A stretch of 24,000 nucleotides of DNA from the NCBI GenBank assembly GCA_910576325.1, contig CAJTIM010000034.1:9942-33941 (forward strand), given 5' to 3'. This document shows positions 22,457 through 24,000 of this stretch, piece after piece; the stretch's first letter is position 1, and every line of letters starts with the position of its first letter. The position numbers were made by a program, and so were the translations under genes. This DNA is from Clostridia bacterium. GTDB taxonomy: Bacteria > Bacillota > Clostridia > Lachnospirales > Lachnospiraceae. The notes beneath the pieces were generated by a model. That model was given only the letters and a program-made list of their open reading frames with translations. It did no database searches and had not been told where the DNA came from.

Positions 22457-23878
22457 ATGGAAAAAGATTATTTATTGAAGGAACGCCCTTTGCGTGCCTT
22501 GTTTTTGTTTGCGCTGCCGATGATCATCGGGAATCTGTTTCAGCAGTTTTATACAATGGCCGACTCTATGGTGGTGGGCCGCTATGTGAGTGAAAATGCC
22601 CTGGCTGCCGTGGGAGCTTCTTATTCTCTTACGAATGTATTTATCTGCGTGGCTATCGGGGGCGGCGTAGGGGCTTCCGTGCTTACCAGCCGGTATTTCG
22701 GCGCTCAGGAATACGGACGTATGAAAAAGTCGATTTCTACGGCTCTTCTTACTTTTTTGGGCATCAGTCTGGCCTTAGCAGGGCTGGGGCTTTTTATGGG
22801 GCGGGAGTTTATGGTGTTTTTAAAGACGCCGGCGGATATTCTTGATATGGCGGTGGAATATCTGAATATTTATTTTATGGGACTGCCCTTTCTTTTTATG
22901 TACAATGTGCTCTCCTCTATGTTCAATGCACTGGGGCGGTCCAGGATTCCGTTATATCTGCTGATCTTCTCTTCTGTTTTTAATATTGTGCTGGATATTT
23001 ATCTGGTGCGCTCTCTGGGACTTGGAATCGCCGGGGTGGCCTGGGCTACGCTGATTGCTCAGGGGATTTCGGCTTTGCTGTCTTTTTTCATTTTTCTTCG
23101 GGAGCTGCGGGGATATCCCGGATCTTCCGGAGACTATGATACCGGAAACTCTATTCCTACCGTTCATTCCAAAAAATATTCGTCCCTTTCACGATTTATT
23201 CGCAGATTTTACAGTACAGAAGAGCTTTTAACCATGTGCCGTGTGGCTCTTCCATCCATTTTCCAGCAATCCACCGTGTCTATTGGTATGATGCTGGTTC
23301 AATCCGTAGTCAACAGCTTCGGCCCGCAGATGCTGGCAGGCTTCTCTGCCGGAATGCGCGTGGAGAGTATCTGCATCGTCCCTATGGCCGCTCTGGGCAA
23401 TGCCATGTCCTCCTACACCGCACAAAATATGGGGGCTAATCAAAAGGAGCGTGTAGTAAAAGGCTATCACGCAGCCCTTCGCCTGGCAGCCCTTTTTGCC
23501 CTGCTTCTCTGTCTGGCCTTGGAGTTCTTTCATTTTCCCATCATCTCCTCCTTTCTCGGAAGCGACGGCACGAAGCTTGCTCTGGAAACGGGAAGCAGCT
23601 ACCTGAGATTTATCGGATTCTTCTTCGCCCTTATCGGCCTTAAAATGTGTACGGACGGCCTTCTCCGGGGCGCCGCCGATATGAAGATGTTCACCATAGC
23701 CAACCTTGCCAATCTGTCGCTGCGTGTCATATTCGCGATCACTATGGCTCCCCGGTTCGGCATTGCTATGGTATGGTATGCGGTGCCTTTGGGATGGCTG
23801 GTAAACTTCTTGATCTCTTTTACGGAATACCGCAGCGGAAAATGGCAGACAAAGCTGAACAGGGCCGCCGCAAAATAA
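22457..23878 (+). CDS. MATE-family efflux transporter
   Basis: The 473-aa, 12-TM-type protein has the N-terminus LFLFALPMIIGNLFQQFYTMADSMVVGRYVSENALAAVGAS, typical of MATE/NorM-like proteins, and shows the two-halves repeat. Confidence 0.9.
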   Translation: MEKDYLLKERPLRALFLFALPMIIGNLFQQFYTMADSMVVGRYVSENALAAVGASYSLTNVFICVAIGGGVGASVLTSRYFGAQEYGRMKKSISTALLTFLGISLALAGLGLFMGREFMVFLKTPADILDMAVEYLNIYFMGLPFLFMYNVLSSMFNALGRSRIPLYLLIFSSVFNIVLDIYLVRSLGLGIAGVAWATLIAQGISALLSFFIFLRELRGYPGSSGDYDTGNSIPTVHSKKYSSLSRFIRRFYSTEELLTMCRVALPSIFQQSTVSIGMMLVQSVVNSFGPQMLAGFSAGMRVESICIVPMAALGNAMSSYTAQNMGANQKERVVKGYHAALRLAALFALLLCLALEFFHFPIISSFLGSDGTKLALETGSSYLRFIGFFFALIGLKMCTDGLLRGAADMKMFTIANLANLSLRVIFAITMAPRFGIAMVWYAVPLGWLVNFLISFTEYRSGKWQTKLNRAAAK

Positions 23879-23890
23879 GGCCGCCCTGTT
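23858..23890. terminator. Probable bidirectional terminator between the MATE gene and the convergent gene
   Basis: AACAGGGCCGCC (23858-23869) pairs with GGCCGCCCTGTT (23879-23890), a 12-bp GC-rich stem with one mismatch and a 9-nt loop. The stem overlaps the MATE stop codon, and T-rich sequence follows (TTCACTGTTATTTCTT). Confidence 0.55.
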
Positions 23891-23895
23891 CACTG

Positions 23896-24000
23896 TTATT
23901 TCTTATAAAATGCTTCCAATGCCTCCGCCAGATAATCTGCCGTTCCCTGTCCCTCCGTCTGATCCATCTGCTGCCGAAGGGCCTCATTTGTCCGGTAATC
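23896..24000 (-). CDS. 3' end of an unidentified gene entering from the right edge
   Basis: The minus-strand frame is open to the window edge and reads ...DYRTNEALRQQMDQTEGQGTADYLAEALEAFYKK, ending at TAA (23896-23898). It is too short to assign a family. Confidence 0.35.
   Translation of the reverse strand, partial: DYRTNEALRQQMDQTEGQGTADYLAEALEAFYKK

Noticed and set aside
1-24000. rRNA, tRNA, tmRNA or other housekeeping RNA genes.
   Set aside because: I noticed no cloverleaf-like acceptor/T-arm pattern and no rRNA-like conserved block in any intergenic region. Nearly all of the sequence is accounted for by protein-coding genes and the described repeats. This was a visual scan, not a tRNAscan or cmsearch run.

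Overview
This window reads as a chromosomal segment of a moderately GC-rich, Clostridia-like Firmicute (inferred from strong GGAGG Shine-Dalgarno sites, a ytaF-type sporulation membrane gene and a GrdB-like gene). No rRNA, tRNA, CRISPR array, transposase or integrase was recognised.

Layout, left to right:
- A truncated response-regulator gene (-).
- A Ca2+-type P-type ATPase (+) whose 3' end overlaps a convergent ytaF/MntP-family gene (-).
- A 1114-aa fusion of an EndoQ-like PHP nuclease with a UvrD/PcrA-type helicase (-).
- A visibly AT-rich ~1.7-kb island holding two overlapping orphan ORFs and a degenerate tandem repeat.
- A ~13-kb single-strand (-) block, described below.
- A MATE efflux gene (+) and the 3' end of an unidentified gene (-).

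The minus-strand block, in transcription order, encodes: a LicR/MtlR-type PRD regulator, an RDD membrane protein, PTS EIIA/EIIB/EIIC of the lactose/cellobiose family, a stand-alone GrdB-N-terminal-like protein, a degenerate M42 pseudo-peptidase, a canonical M42 peptidase, an Ntn amidohydrolase with the glycosylasparaginase-type HDT autoprocessing motif, an M20 dipeptidase, a DUF871/MupG-type 6-phospho-glycosidase, CutC and YitT.

The most interesting signals are:
1. That gene combination, which looks like an uncharacterised PTS-dependent glyco-amino-acid or glycopeptide pathway.
2. Two ~137-nt copies of a strongly structured element abutting the SD of two different cistrons, with compensatory substitutions between the copies.
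3. A triple-GGA motif shared by five translation-initiation regions.
4. A ~210-bp imperfect palindrome inside the operon.
5. The EndoQ-helicase fusion sitting next to the AT-rich orphan island.

All calls rest on reading the sequence and translations. No database search was run.
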